A stretch of 64,000 nucleotides of DNA from Lepidodermella squamata (taxonomy: Eukaryota; Animalia; Gastrotricha): contig JBLDXI010000024.1 of the NCBI GenBank assembly GCA_047495785.1, positions 3,348,001 to 3,412,000 on the forward strand, written 5' to 3'. Shown here piece after piece: positions 53,501 to 64,000 of this stretch (the first letter of the stretch is position 1; each line of letters opens with the position of its first letter). The translations under genes and the position numbers were made by a program. The notes beneath the pieces are model-generated. The model was not told the DNA's origin and made no database searches. It was given only the letters and a program-made list of their open reading frames with translations.

Positions 53501-55763
53501 TTGCCGGAGTGCCATCGTCGCAGACAGAACTGACACCGCTTGCTTCATGAACATAATTAGAGCGAACAATTCAACGCTACTTAGATTATCGGAATTATTC
53601 GCTGTGGAATAATAGCTACACTTTATTTGTTCTGAGGACTGAGGATGATGATGAAATCCTGATAAATGTGGAATCTTACTCACTTCATACGTTTCCCGAC
53701 TTCCAAATCACAGGAATATTTCCTGAAGAGCAGCAAGATATATTTATATACCGAAAGTTAGTCTTATTTCCAACGAGGCGATTTCGGACACTTCTGACAA
53801 GTGCACAAAGTAGGATCCTCGAACTAATGGGTATTTTCGGCGCCAAAGTTCATGACCAAAGCCCCCCCCCCCCTGTATTTTTTGGAGATTTTCCACTTAG
53901 GGCTGGCGAACATTTTTTATTTTGGCCTTAAATCTGTTCACAAATGCTTATATGACCTTTAAACCGAATATGAATATTCACAGTGAGCTCTCCGACATGA
54001 ACCCAGTTGTGTCCGAAATTATTCGAATCAGGTTTCCTTCAATACCTGGTACAGGAAAAATTTATTTTAGCCGAGTTGGTACTAGACTATTGATGTTATC
54101 AAGGCTTATCTTTTTGCATGTAGCGCTTACAAAAAATTCGGAGCAAAGCATGAAAAACTCGGTTTTGTCCAAAATAAGACCATATCACTTCTTCGTGAAT
54201 TAATTGCTCGATTTCATTCTCGCTTGCAAGATTCGTAAAAATCGCGCGGGCCCTCAAGCAATTGTCTACTTTGTCAGAAAATCCAGTTCTGACGAATTTT
54301 CACAAATTCGGCACACAATTTGGAATACGTAGAATACGCGGAATGATCTATTTTCTATAATTGTATCCAAATCTCTATTCATGCGAAATTATCATATTTC
54401 ACCTGACTCTTTAAAGTACTCTTAATCATCACAATGATAGCTATCGGACCGTGCGATTATTGATCTTATGTACCCAGAATGTGACATGTAATTAAGACAT
54501 ACAGCCGCAGTACAGTCCGTATCTGCCGCTTGGACATCGGCAGTATTGTCCAGCAACACACGTGCCTCCGTTGTCGCAGCTTAAACTGCTTGTGGATTGA
54601 TCACAGAAAGGTGCTTTTAAAAGACATATTGCATGAGCAATAAAAGTAACAAGAAATTGAAACTCACATGTTTCACAATAACGGCCAGTGTAGTATTGTG
54701 GGCATGTGCAAGCAGTTTTTGTGCAAGTTGCGCCATTTCGGCATGATGGGTAACCCCACATGCCAGTAGTGCCATCGTTACATATGTAGCCAACAGTGCC
54801 AGCTGTAAAAATGCGGATATTCAAACCTTAACTAATTGAAACTGAATTAAATTTCAAGCGCATGCAAAAATACGAGACAACAAATCATATAACTAGTCGA
54901 AGTATATCGCTAGCGTCGTTGAATTACTCGGGTGACTAGTAAAAAGCGGTGTTTTTAAATGTCAACGAGAGGCAAAAACAAACGAGAGGCTTTCACTTAT
55001 CTCCTTGAAACTGACGTAAACAATCCTAAATCCGAGTTATTCAACGATGCCAACGAAATCACCCCTAATTCAGTCGCAATTTTTATAACGCCTAGGTTCA
55101 ACTAACCGTTGTCACATGTTACGCCGTAGCTGGGACTTGGGCAAAGACAGCGTTTGTTAGATGATCCCCTGCAAATGCCTCCGTTGCAATCATTATCATG
55201 GTTGCACGTATCGCCCCCGCCTTGAACATTAAAATGACGATATAAACATCCAGTTAAATAACCACGGTCAGCTTTTCAGTCAGGTTTTTCCGTCGCCAAT
55301 CGGTGAATTCGTGGACTTATCTTAGGAGGCTGGAGAGGCTAAAAACTCTATTACAGGCGTTGAATGCTAGCTAAAACGTAGCAAGCTAACAAAGTCCAAA
55401 TTTCGAATATTGACATGCGATGGATTGTCTAAAATCTCCACACACATTACAGGATTTTTAGAGATTTTCAAAGATGCAAGAGTCACCATGAAAAATGAAA
55501 CTTTTCTGCAACTTTTGCCCAACCCAATATAAGTTGTCGAATTCGTCGGCTTTCAAAGGTTGCTCGATTGTTGCCTCATTGAAACTAAAGTTACTATACT
55601 TGTTACAATTATTCCACGAATAGACCGCTTCAGACCAATACCGATTGGCGATTGAAAAGCCGTGGTAAACATATGAAGGACCCGCCGTACAACAAAGCTT
55701 ACTTGCCAAAGGCGCCGATGTAACCAAAAACAGGATGCAAATTAATCCCCAAAAAGTCTTCAT
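38512..55763 (-). CDS. Giant secreted mosaic lectin, copy C: SP-EGFx~12-CTLDx~10-F5/8Cx3-FReDx5-PAN-CCPx4 (multi-exon)
   Basis: ATG at 55763 (MKTFWGLICILFLVTSAPLA|gtaag); same exon order as copy B. The last exons read ANKTWGVLNYTGSTKSWLPSKCT|SVSIKL-TAA (stop 38512-38514). Confidence 0.82.
38664..40394 (-). CDS. Copy C large exon: FReD5 + PAN/apple + 4 Sushi/CCP modules
   Basis: 576-aa ORF nearly identical to 13965-15695. Confidence 0.85.
   Translation of the reverse strand: MPNDCTWKQANLPITSRYLSQAFSDMVAENGAGSPITFNAFCDMETFGGGWTQIQRRVDDTTTFMLDLAGYDYQIGSISSNYWMGNRLIKGLTAAANFELLVEMRSGNEYAFAYYKLFYTESDAYTLNIANYQACSTAGDSLKALNGNFFIFDLCGGWWFDQPTPCVSSSSTAETSNLNAIYGKQSPESAQMYWYTFKNGYDPNLSWTSMKVRRSTKPGRYVKIPNFNCDEGISYSLTKQVTATECTSYCTAYGSWICKTAVFTLKSSTQGDCKIRNDTCVPGEGDPETGTDTYFRMDDCGYFPGQCGPPPTMTGTSQEIITSDFSSKISVNYTCFPGFTNSKWQGDTTVLTCDSGTQRWVGDWLDCRTLCGMYPDLSNSSAVRLPNVEVSAGTMTLFYQCADDFMMVSTGLPVRICAKPYGNWTGEEIICKSTRCPMPPVVDYSWNNFTIPDPLPYDVQNRAHTTWEYTCVRGYTFKDGDSYVKSKTIYCGDSQQWEPKTPGVCIPLNCDSPPIYPNVKISGVVPAAANAIYEFATNFTYECYDIDTLDPLSWDSQVVIACVGKFFFVFLQLNIA
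40422..43483 (-). CDS. Copy C exons encoding four tandem fibrinogen-related domains
   Basis: The 780-aa and 244-aa ORFs are near-identical to copy B. Confidence 0.9.
43540..45490 (-). CDS. Copy C exons encoding three F5/8 type C domains
   Basis: Paralogous to 18840-20790, with the same discoidin motifs. Confidence 0.8.
45545..51765 (-). CDS. Copy C exons encoding ~10 C-type lectin-like domains
   Basis: Paralogous CTLD exons (ORFs 45454-46194, 48107-49189, 49354-50271, 50690-51331, 51174-51698), with EPN and QPD motifs. Confidence 0.85.
52005..55222 (-). CDS. Copy C exons encoding ~12 EGF-like repeats (several split over micro-exons)
   Basis: Repeated C...C.NGG.C....C.C..G(W/Y).G..C units, mostly one per phase-1 exon. 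Confidence 0.85.
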
Positions 55764-55926
55764 CCGCTTTTTTGTTCACACGCTCATGCTATTAATCTGC
55801 CAAAAAAGCAACTGATCTGTTCTGAGTGAACTAAAGGTAGACGTATATTTTTGCAACACTCAACTTATTGGAACAAAGTTATTAAGAAATGTTTGACGTT
55901 AAACAAAGGAACTCAATGTTGTTTGA

Positions 55927-55956
55927 AAATATTTACATTAGTTGCAAGGATACGGC
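55927..55956 (-). promoter_or_regulatory. Conserved upstream motif of copy C
   Basis: AAATATTTAC-ATTAGTTG-CAAGGATACGGC. Confidence 0.5.
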
Positions 55957-57374
55957 CATCCGACATGGTCAACAATCGTCGCGAAAGTCGAACACGCCTA
56001 GAGAGAGATGTTACATAATTTATTACTTTTCGCCATAAAATGTGTCATTATTCATCATGCTGTATATTCCGATCGGTTATTTTTACATCAGGCAATATTG
56101 AGGGCGGCTTCGCTATTCCCGATAGCAACTACCGGATGACAACATTATTTGTTGGTAAAAAATTGGTGACGGCGAAATCGCAATAAAATGATGAAATTGT
56201 GCCTGAACATTTAAATTTGGGGCTATTTATGTCCAAATTTTAATTAATTACAACTTCGTTAGTGATATATTCAAACGTTTTTATTCTCTCAATTTTACGG
56301 TCATAAGGGCGTAAATTCGACAGATATTTTACAAATAGCTACATTCTCTTTCTCATTTTCCTCGGATAGAAGCCAAATCGAAAATCGAACGAATCATGTG
56401 TAGCGCCAATTTAAATATGTTTCGAGTACGATGTGAAGTTCGTCACTTGTTAAATAATTAAAGGGTGATCAATTCCTTCATTCTATCAAGAATTTCTCAC
56501 GTCATGACGCTGAATAATGCATAGAAGCCTGACTCCTATTTGTTTCCGCCTGCTCATTAGCAACCGCAGACAGATGTCGTGTTTATCGGAATAATAATTT
56601 CTTTTTTTTGAGTGCGATGTAAACATGCGTTCAATAATTCAACAGCGATCAACTTCTCCGTCTTATTGGCATTTTATGTATGATGGACGTTGAAGTCAAT
56701 TGTTAACTTCCGAACGATGCGAAGGTTCTACTTCTTCCCGCCTGGACAATAGCTTGTCGATAGAAATGAAGGTCGATAGATCGTAGATGTGCTTGGCGGA
56801 TAATTCTTTTATAGCTAGTAAGCCGTAATTTTGCAAAGTTGTTTTGTACATGGATATCGATATCGAACATTGGCGACACGCCAGGCTTCATTCATTCTAC
56901 TCGATATATCGAACGGATCGAAAGCATAGAAAAAAATAGGTCGCGTGCCTCTCTTGTTGGCTAGTACTCAACTTCATTCTGGGTTCGATAAAGCTCTCAA
57001 AATAATCAACAAACCGCGAGGGATCGCGAGAGATGGAATGAATTAAGGATTTTTAGTATCATGTAGCGTCAAAAACTTAAGCCGATAGGTATCTTTATTG
57101 TTTATTGTAATGTCAGACCATCATTTCAAATAAAATGGAATTCACTTGACACTTGACTTTAACATCTGTCATCCTGTTTTATCTCAAAGGCAAATTTTAC
57201 TGTTTTTTCTGGGGTCCTAGTACATAACGAATGCATAACGAGAAATTTATCTCGGCAGAATTTGTTTAATGTTCTATGTGTTTTCCAGGATTAGCTTGCT
57301 GTTTATTTTCTCGACAGCTGTTTCAACTATAACTCAATTGACCATTCGCACGTGCTCTCTGAGCTCGGTTTGAA

Positions 57375-58302
57375 ATGGATGAAAAACTTGAAAAACAGAA
57401 GCACTCTACCAACGAAATAGGCCATAAAGCTTCGAAAAACGACGAGGAAGAAGGCATGCCGGCATCTGGCAGCAACCGACGGTCCATTCTACCGGTGGTT
57501 TTGAACAACCTCAACACCATCAGCGTTATCCTATGCCACGTCCTTGTCATTGGTCTAGCTTGTAAGAAAAATCATATTTTAATTTAAGAGATTTCGCTAA
57601 ATTTGCTTATTTTTAGGTTTCATGTTCTATATAAACCCTGCCTTAGGGTCTAATTGGTTCTCTTGGCATCCTCTTTTCATGACACTGGCCTTTCTCGGGT
57701 GTTTCACCGAGGCAATTCTGTTATTCAACCCACGAGCTCCCCTGATCGCCGGTTGGTTGTCTAGAAAGAACAAAATTCAGGTCCATTTGTGGCTGCAAGT
57801 TGGCGCCGCTGTTTTCGTTACCTTTGGCTTCCTCGGAATCTATGTTCACCGAGTTATCAACAACAAAGTCCACTTCAAGCCGTTTCATGGCCTCATCGGC
57901 CTCACCGCCTGCATCTTCACCTGGCTCCAGTTCACTGTCAGTCTTTTCTTCGTAGCCCCCGAATCTCTTCAAAGCCGTGTTACGAAAATTATGTCATTTC
58001 ACCAGCTGAAGACGCTTCATACGGCGGCTGGTCTTTTATGCTACCTATCGATGGCTGTTGCTTTTATATTGGGCTTTTCGACGAAATTCTTCGGAAGAGC
58101 TACTGAACAAAGCCAGGCGATATACTACACGTGCTTGGCAGTTTGTGTCCTAATCGCGCTCATAATCATGTTTCAATCGGCCACTTCACTAATGCAGCGT
58201 TTCAAGTTTTGGAGTGTTCACGTTACAAAGTCACCCAGCAACAATTCTGAGTCGATGAATAACAACGTGGAACTCGAGGAAGATGATAATGATGACTATT
58301 AG
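57375..58302 (+). CDS. Cytochrome b561 domain protein (CYB561D2/101F6-like transmembrane ferric reductase), two exons
   Basis: Exon 1 57375-~57561, intron gtaag...ttag, exon 2 from ~57618. The four heme-ligating His are in WFSWHPLFM, IQVHLWLQ, FHGLIGL and KTLHTAAG, with multiple TM helices. AATAAA at ~58394. Confidence 0.85.
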
Positions 58303-58747
58303 CCTACATCTCCTAACTGCCATCCTAATTCTTGCTCACTTGCTCATCCTTGAAATTCTTCCGTGGATGTATTTTTTCGATTGAATTTACTTGAATAAAA
58401 TTGATTCTAATACGTGTTGTTTTAATTTTTAATCATTAGGAAGGAATTAAGGCATTAATGTACTGAAATGGTAGTTGTGAATTGGTAAATGGTTACATCA
58501 CGGTGGCATTAGGAAGCGGTTCCTTCCTTAATACCCATTATCAAATGGAGGCGCATCTTACTACAAATGTCACCCGCGCGCCATTAGACATCCTACTCAA
58601 GTGGCATTAAGACGCCGCGCACCTAATACTGGCGAGCCAGCCATTGTTTAAAATTTCCTCACCTCAAGTTCATTACTCAGAGTTGCGTAAAACACATGCT
58701 GCGACAAAAAACAACTTGCACCTGGTAGTACTAGCTCTCTAGTTCTG

Positions 58748-59969
58748 ATGCTGTTGCATCTAGCTTTTGTAATTAACTGCTTTATTGAATTAACAGCGGC
58801 ATGCTTCGTCAGCAGCCCAGCTTCCAAGTCACCTGCGACTAACACGCCACCTGATAAATACAATCAACTACCACCCGCAGCTCCGAGTCCGACGAATCTG
58901 GCTAAGCAGCCGGATGGAAGTGTCACTGGCTCATGTGGCCACTCGAAATACTGGAATGCTGGCGGGGCCTACGAGTCGGCAATCAAGCAATCATTTTCGG
59001 GTATCGTTGGTGGAGTCACAGCTTTGCCAAATGAATTCCCGTTCCAAGTCCTGGTCGAGTTTCTCTTCAATAGACCATTGATCAGTCTTTGCGGAGGGGT
59101 TGTTATCAACAGTGAGTCTTCACAGAGAAATCATAACAATTGCCTTCATTTAACTCGTAGAATACTGGGTCCTAAGCGCCGCCCATTGTACCGAAGGAGT
59201 CGTTGGGGCTAATCTTTTGTTTGGAGAGCATGATCGAACTGCTTCAGAAATCAAAACGTGGAGGACGTCCAAGCAAATCGTCGTACATCCACTCTACGTT
59301 GCGGCAACTTATGACTACGATTACGCCCTAGTTCAACTGGCAACGCCAATAAACTTCACGGCATGGAACATTCAGCCGATTTGTTTACCAGACAGCTGTT
59401 TAACAGCTTGGTAAGCCGTAAATCACTAGATTGAACATTATTTAATGTAAAAAATAGCATGGAGAATGATATGGGCTACATCAGTGGTTGGGGCACAATC
59501 TCCAGCGGTGGATCTTTGTCGAACATTCTTTTGAAAGGGAAAGTACCCATAGTTTCAACTATCAACTGCGCTCTTTCTGAAATGGGTTACGCCGTGGTTA
59601 GCAGTCGCATGATTTGTGCGGGCTATAGCACCGCATCGGTAGACACATGCCAGGTAGGCATTTTCTTTACTTTTAAAAAGCTCTTTTTTCTAGGCTTAAT
59701 TTATCCATAGGGCGATAGTGGCGGGCCCCTCTTCATCGCTAAGAATGGCTATTTTGAGGTCAGCTTCATTATTTCATTTGAGGGAAAATAAACGAGTATT
59801 TTTACCAGTTATGTGGTTTGACTTCTCATGGCCAGGGATGCGCTGCAGGTAGGATCTTATTTTTCAAACCGTATATCAGTGATCTTTCGGTTTTACAGAG
59901 AGCACTTATGGTATCTACAGCAAAGTTTGCACTGTAAGAAGCTGGATTCAAAACGTAACTGGAACGTGA
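58748..59969 (+). CDS. Secreted S1A trypsin-like serine protease 1 (multi-exon)
   Basis: Signal peptide, pro-region CGHSKYWN, then IVGG, WVLSAAHC, DYDYAL and VDTCQ|GDSGGPL; ends SWIQNVTGT*. Confidence 0.88.
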
Positions 59970-60036
59970 ATCGAGGATTTTATTCAAATGATATAAAGGT
60001 CTAGTGAAAAAATTTTGTATCACAAAATAAAAAAGT

Positions 60037-61417
60037 TCAAGTCCCCGTGACTGACTTTATCCAAGATCTAAAATTGCAAGCTCGCCTGAAAGAGAAATAA
60101 CAAATATAAGTAACAGCAATTCGAAACGGCAAATAAAACTCACGTCATAACGTGAAAATAGTCATCTGAGAACGAATACAATTAATAAAATTAGGAAAAT
60201 TTCGAATTCAAAAAGGCTCACCTTGTCCGCAACGACCGGCTTGGTGGGAAGCGATACCACATAACTTTTAGTGTGACGGTTTTAACATTTATTGAATTCC
60301 AATCTGAAGTGCACTAACCTCAAAGTAACCATTTTTCGCGACAACGAACGCACCCCCGCTATCTCCCTAAGAACAAAAGAATTATTGCTCTAGTACGCGT
60401 TTTTTTCTCAAGGTGTGACTTGAAGTGTTTACATAGCAAACGGCGACAGATGCTGTGTTGTAACCTGCACACATCATTCGGTTGGTTGTGTAGCCAATGC
60501 CCATCTCGATGAGGGCACAATTGATGGGCGAAATTATGGGCATTTTTCCTTTTCGCAGGATCGACTCTTGCCCGCCCGTTTCTGAAGAATAGCCCCAGCC
60601 TGATAGGTAGCCGATATCACCTTCCTGGCTATGCAAATTGAATCGCTTATGGTGAATGGATGCCGGTTGAAAAATACATACCAACTCGTAAAGCATGACT
60701 CGGGCAAGCATATTGGTTGCATGTACCATGTTGTAAAATTGATAGGAGGCGAGATCTTGATCAATGCGATGTCGTTATCGTATTGACCTTTTTTGTAACT
60801 CGGATGCAAGGAAATAGCGCTTGCTAAAGTTGTTCAACAATGTAAGCTATTTTCGCTTTAGTAGAAGCATTACCACTTCTTGTGACTTCGTTCGGCCCAA
60901 CATTATCCAAGTCATGCTCAGCAAAGGTTAGTGTCACTTTTGCAGAGCTCTCAATGCAGTGCGCTGCAGTTAGAACCCATTCTTCTGCACAATAAGGCAA
61001 CGCTGTAATCAATGGCATCATAAGAGAGATTTGGTTACTGTTAATAATTGATCCGCCACAGAAAGTGCCACTGCCATTAGAAAATTCATGAACGATGTAA
61101 ACTTGGTACGGAAACTCGTTTTCCATGGCCTCGACTCCTAAAACAATCCCTTCCGATGAGTATGACCTCCTAATTGCAGCCTCGGGCCCAGAAGCCACAT
61201 TCCAGTACTTGGAGTGGCCGCAACTTGGGGTAGCAGTTCCATCAGATTGAAGGGGCAGGAAAGTTTGAGGGACAGGAACAGCTGCCGGCAATTTGTTGTA
61301 TTCTGACGGTGGAGTATTTGTCGATGGAGCTTTTAGCTCTTGCTGATCAATTAAACAACTGTCGATCGATCGCAAGAATAATACGAAGATGCAAGCAACA
61401 AGCCACTTTAGATTCAT
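60037..61417 (-). CDS. Secreted S1A serine protease 2 (multi-exon)
   Basis: Signal MNLKWLVACIFVLF, CGHSKYWN, IVLG, WVLTAAHC, DNDIAL and VAVCY|GDSGGAF; ends SWIKSVTGT*. Confidence 0.85.
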
Positions 61418-61596
61418 AGTTGAGTTCTGTATTTGGAAGCACAATGCCCATGTTGTCAGACAGGTGCACTTTCTGTTAAGCCCGCTTTTGTAGTATGTGA
61501 GCCGCTTCTAGGTTCACTCTATTTTTCCCAGAACAAAGCGAAGCAAACTAAACTTTCAAATTTATTTTCTTATATCCGTTTGTTGTAAAAAAGTAT

Positions 61597-62857
61597 TCAG
61601 GAACCGGTCCATTCTTTGATCCAGGATCTAACCGTGCATATTCGGCTAATGGTATCAATTGTATCACTACAAAAATTGAGAACGGTTCAAAAAATACCTG
61701 TATACAGCGTATGTGCCAGCTGAAAGTAAAACACGTATATTTTTCCAATTTGAGTAAAATAAATTACTTGTAGCACAGCCGAGAGAATGTGAAACAACGC
61801 CACATAGCTGAAAATTTAAGAAAATTATTCTCTGTTGTTGTTTCATTTTACTCAATTTACCTCAAAGTATCCGTTTTTCGCTATGACCAGGCCACTGCCA
61901 GAGTCGCCCTTTTTAAGAAAAAGCTCTAAGCATTTATCATTATCGTCAGCCTAAAGTCTACTTACATTGCAGGGTGCTAGCGAAGTCGTGTCATAGCCTG
62001 CACATATCATGCGGCTGCTTGCTGGGCTGAATGCCATCTCAGACAGAATGCAATTGAACGGACTAACGATCGGAACTTTGATTTTCAACAGAGCCTCCGG
62101 TTGAGAACCTTCATTGGCAGTCAAGCCCCACCCAGCTAGGTAACCCATATCCCCTTCGACGCTTTAAAAGAAACTGAACATCCATATAAAGAATTACGCG
62201 TGAGCATACCATGATGCTAAACAGGATTCTGGCAGGCAAACTGGTTGCACATTCCAGGAAGTGAAATTCAAAGACGCCGACATCTTGATGAGAGCGAAAT
62301 CGTAATCGAAAGAAGGACGGCTGTAGTTAGGGTGGATAACTATCTGCTCTGATGATAGCTCGAACTCTCCAGAGTCTGTTAGCAGCAAGTAGTGATTCGC
62401 AAACCACGCTTGTATCCAGGTAGCTCCGCTAACGCAATGCGCAGCGGTGACAATCCACCTTTCTGAATTAGGAAAAATTGCCGCTAAAGTCTACTAAGGT
62501 GCTTTCCTCACTATTAACAATAGCTGCTCCACAAGTGAACCCAGAACTTGACAAGATGTATACCGAGTAAGGAAATTCGTTTTGCACAGCTGATACGCCG
62601 CTGATTATTCGACTAGATCTTGGATTGATAAGTGCCCGCAATTCATTGACTGGATCGACGTTGAAATACTTTGAATGTCCACAACTTATTTGATTGGCAG
62701 TGCTAGGACTCTGCTGGGCCGTTGGTAGAGCATTGTAAGCTTCCGGGCTTGTTCCAGGTAATGGAGCCCTAACTATTTGCCTATCGATGAAACAACAGTT
62801 GATAAAGCATGGCAAGGTACAACTAAACCACAAGAACGTGGTTAGCAGACCTGTCAT
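61597..62857 (-). CDS. Secreted S1A serine protease 3 (multi-exon)
   Basis: Signal peptide, CGHSKYFN, SSR|IISG, WIVTAAHC, DYDFAL and LAPCN|GDSGSGL; ends SWIKEWTGS*. Confidence 0.85.
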
Positions 62858-64000
62858 GCTGTGCTGCGATATGAACTAAATGATGCGCTACTTACTTTGA
62901 TATAAAAACAATAATGCGGTCTGTCAGATCTCATGCCAAGTGCAAACAGCTTCATTTGAAGTTTGCTCGTTCTGTTTGCACTGGAATTGTGCAGTAGTTT
63001 AAGTGAGGTAACAAGGCCCGTGCATCGTCTCGTGCCACAAGTGATAGTGTATATTATTTTTTGGCTTAAATTCATCATCTTGAAACAAACCCACTCAGTG
63101 CGCTTTGTTGTTATCTCAGGATTTGACTAGAACGCGTTTTCAAGCGAAATCTACAATTCTCATTTATTTATTTATTTAATGAGCATGATATCCAGGAAGG
63201 AAGCTCGATAGTGAAAAAGAAAGTGCAGCCGCAGTAGAGTAGTCAGAGTGCCATGATAGTTTGTCGGGAAATTATCGTTCAGAGTCACCAATGGTATTCG
63301 AAAAGTTGAACCAAAGAAAAATGGAATGAAAATTGCATTTTCATACATCTACAGCTGCCATTTCCTTGCGGCCCAGACCTAACTTTAAACTTACTTAAAC
63401 CCTCACCTCTAGCATCAACCTTAAATTATGCCTAACCCACTCAGAACTCAATATTGCATTTGAGCCCGAGAAGGAAATTTACGAAAAAAGGGAATTTTTT
63501 ACTTTACGGAGAAGTCATGTGATGTAGATAGGAGAAGTGGGCCGTTGATATATAGTATTCGTAATTCGTAACCGCTGGCCGCTGGTTTCTCCGCTCTCGA
63601 ATTCGTCATACGAACCATTTTCTAACTTATCAGACAAACAACTTGTTATGCACCTGAACATTTCCCAGTGTAAGAGTGTTAGAAAACAGTTGATCTCGTT
63701 TTATGCTCGTTTTTCGTTACTTTGTGGCGCGACAAAAAGTGTGCGAGAGGAGGTTTTTGCTATGTTATGTATAAATCATTTATTCACAGCGCTGCCGCTT
63801 TGCCGGTGTCACCAAGGCTTGCAGAAAACGCAGACAATCGTTAAGCAGCTAAAGGCAGCAGACGTTTTTCGCGCCAGAAAATTCCGAACGTAGCTAATAC
63901 CGAGGATGGCTAGGCAATGCTTTCGTATTAGCTCGATAATGCGTCAGAACATTCTGAATTTAATATGTTCGACCCTTGACTAATGTGGCGCCAAAGTGTG

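Noticed and set aside
55458-55763. 101-aa ORF as a stand-alone small secreted protein
   Set aside because: A GTAAG donor follows ...APLA at the same position as the donors in copies A and B, and the B equivalent has an early stop. The rest of the ORF is intron 1 read-through.
63080-64000. Short ORF 63648-63893 and CCTAAC-like degenerate hexamers
   Set aside because: No recognisable protein motifs or splice pattern, and the repeats are too degenerate to call.

Overview
Compact-intron invertebrate (metazoan) genomic DNA; the species cannot be fixed from the sequence. About 57 kb is a head-to-tail array of three paralogues on the minus strand: copy A 1-11870 (3' part runs off the window), copy B 13818-30856 and copy C 38512-55763, with a B-to-C offset of about 24.7 kb. 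Each encodes a predicted giant secreted mosaic lectin of roughly 4,000+ aa: signal peptide, ~12 EGF, ~10 C-type lectin domains, 3 F5/8 type C (discoidin), 5 fibrinogen-related domains, PAN/apple and 4 Sushi/CCP, with no transmembrane segment. The copies are patchwork mosaics of one another. The most striking hidden element is an HDV-like self-cleaving ribozyme fold 63-73 nt downstream of the predicted stop codon of both complete copies (13676-13744 and 38379-38448), in the sense orientation and supported by two compensatory base-pair changes between the copies. The B/C junction is filled by a ~6.1 kb decayed TIR element with a MULE/SWIM transposase, which contains a nested Harbinger remnant. 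Several MITEs occur in introns and spacers, including a host MITE carrying two further insertions. The right end holds a cytochrome b561 (CYB561D2-like) gene and three S1A serine protease paralogues. Exon boundaries were inferred by eye, and no ribozyme activity or expression has been demonstrated.
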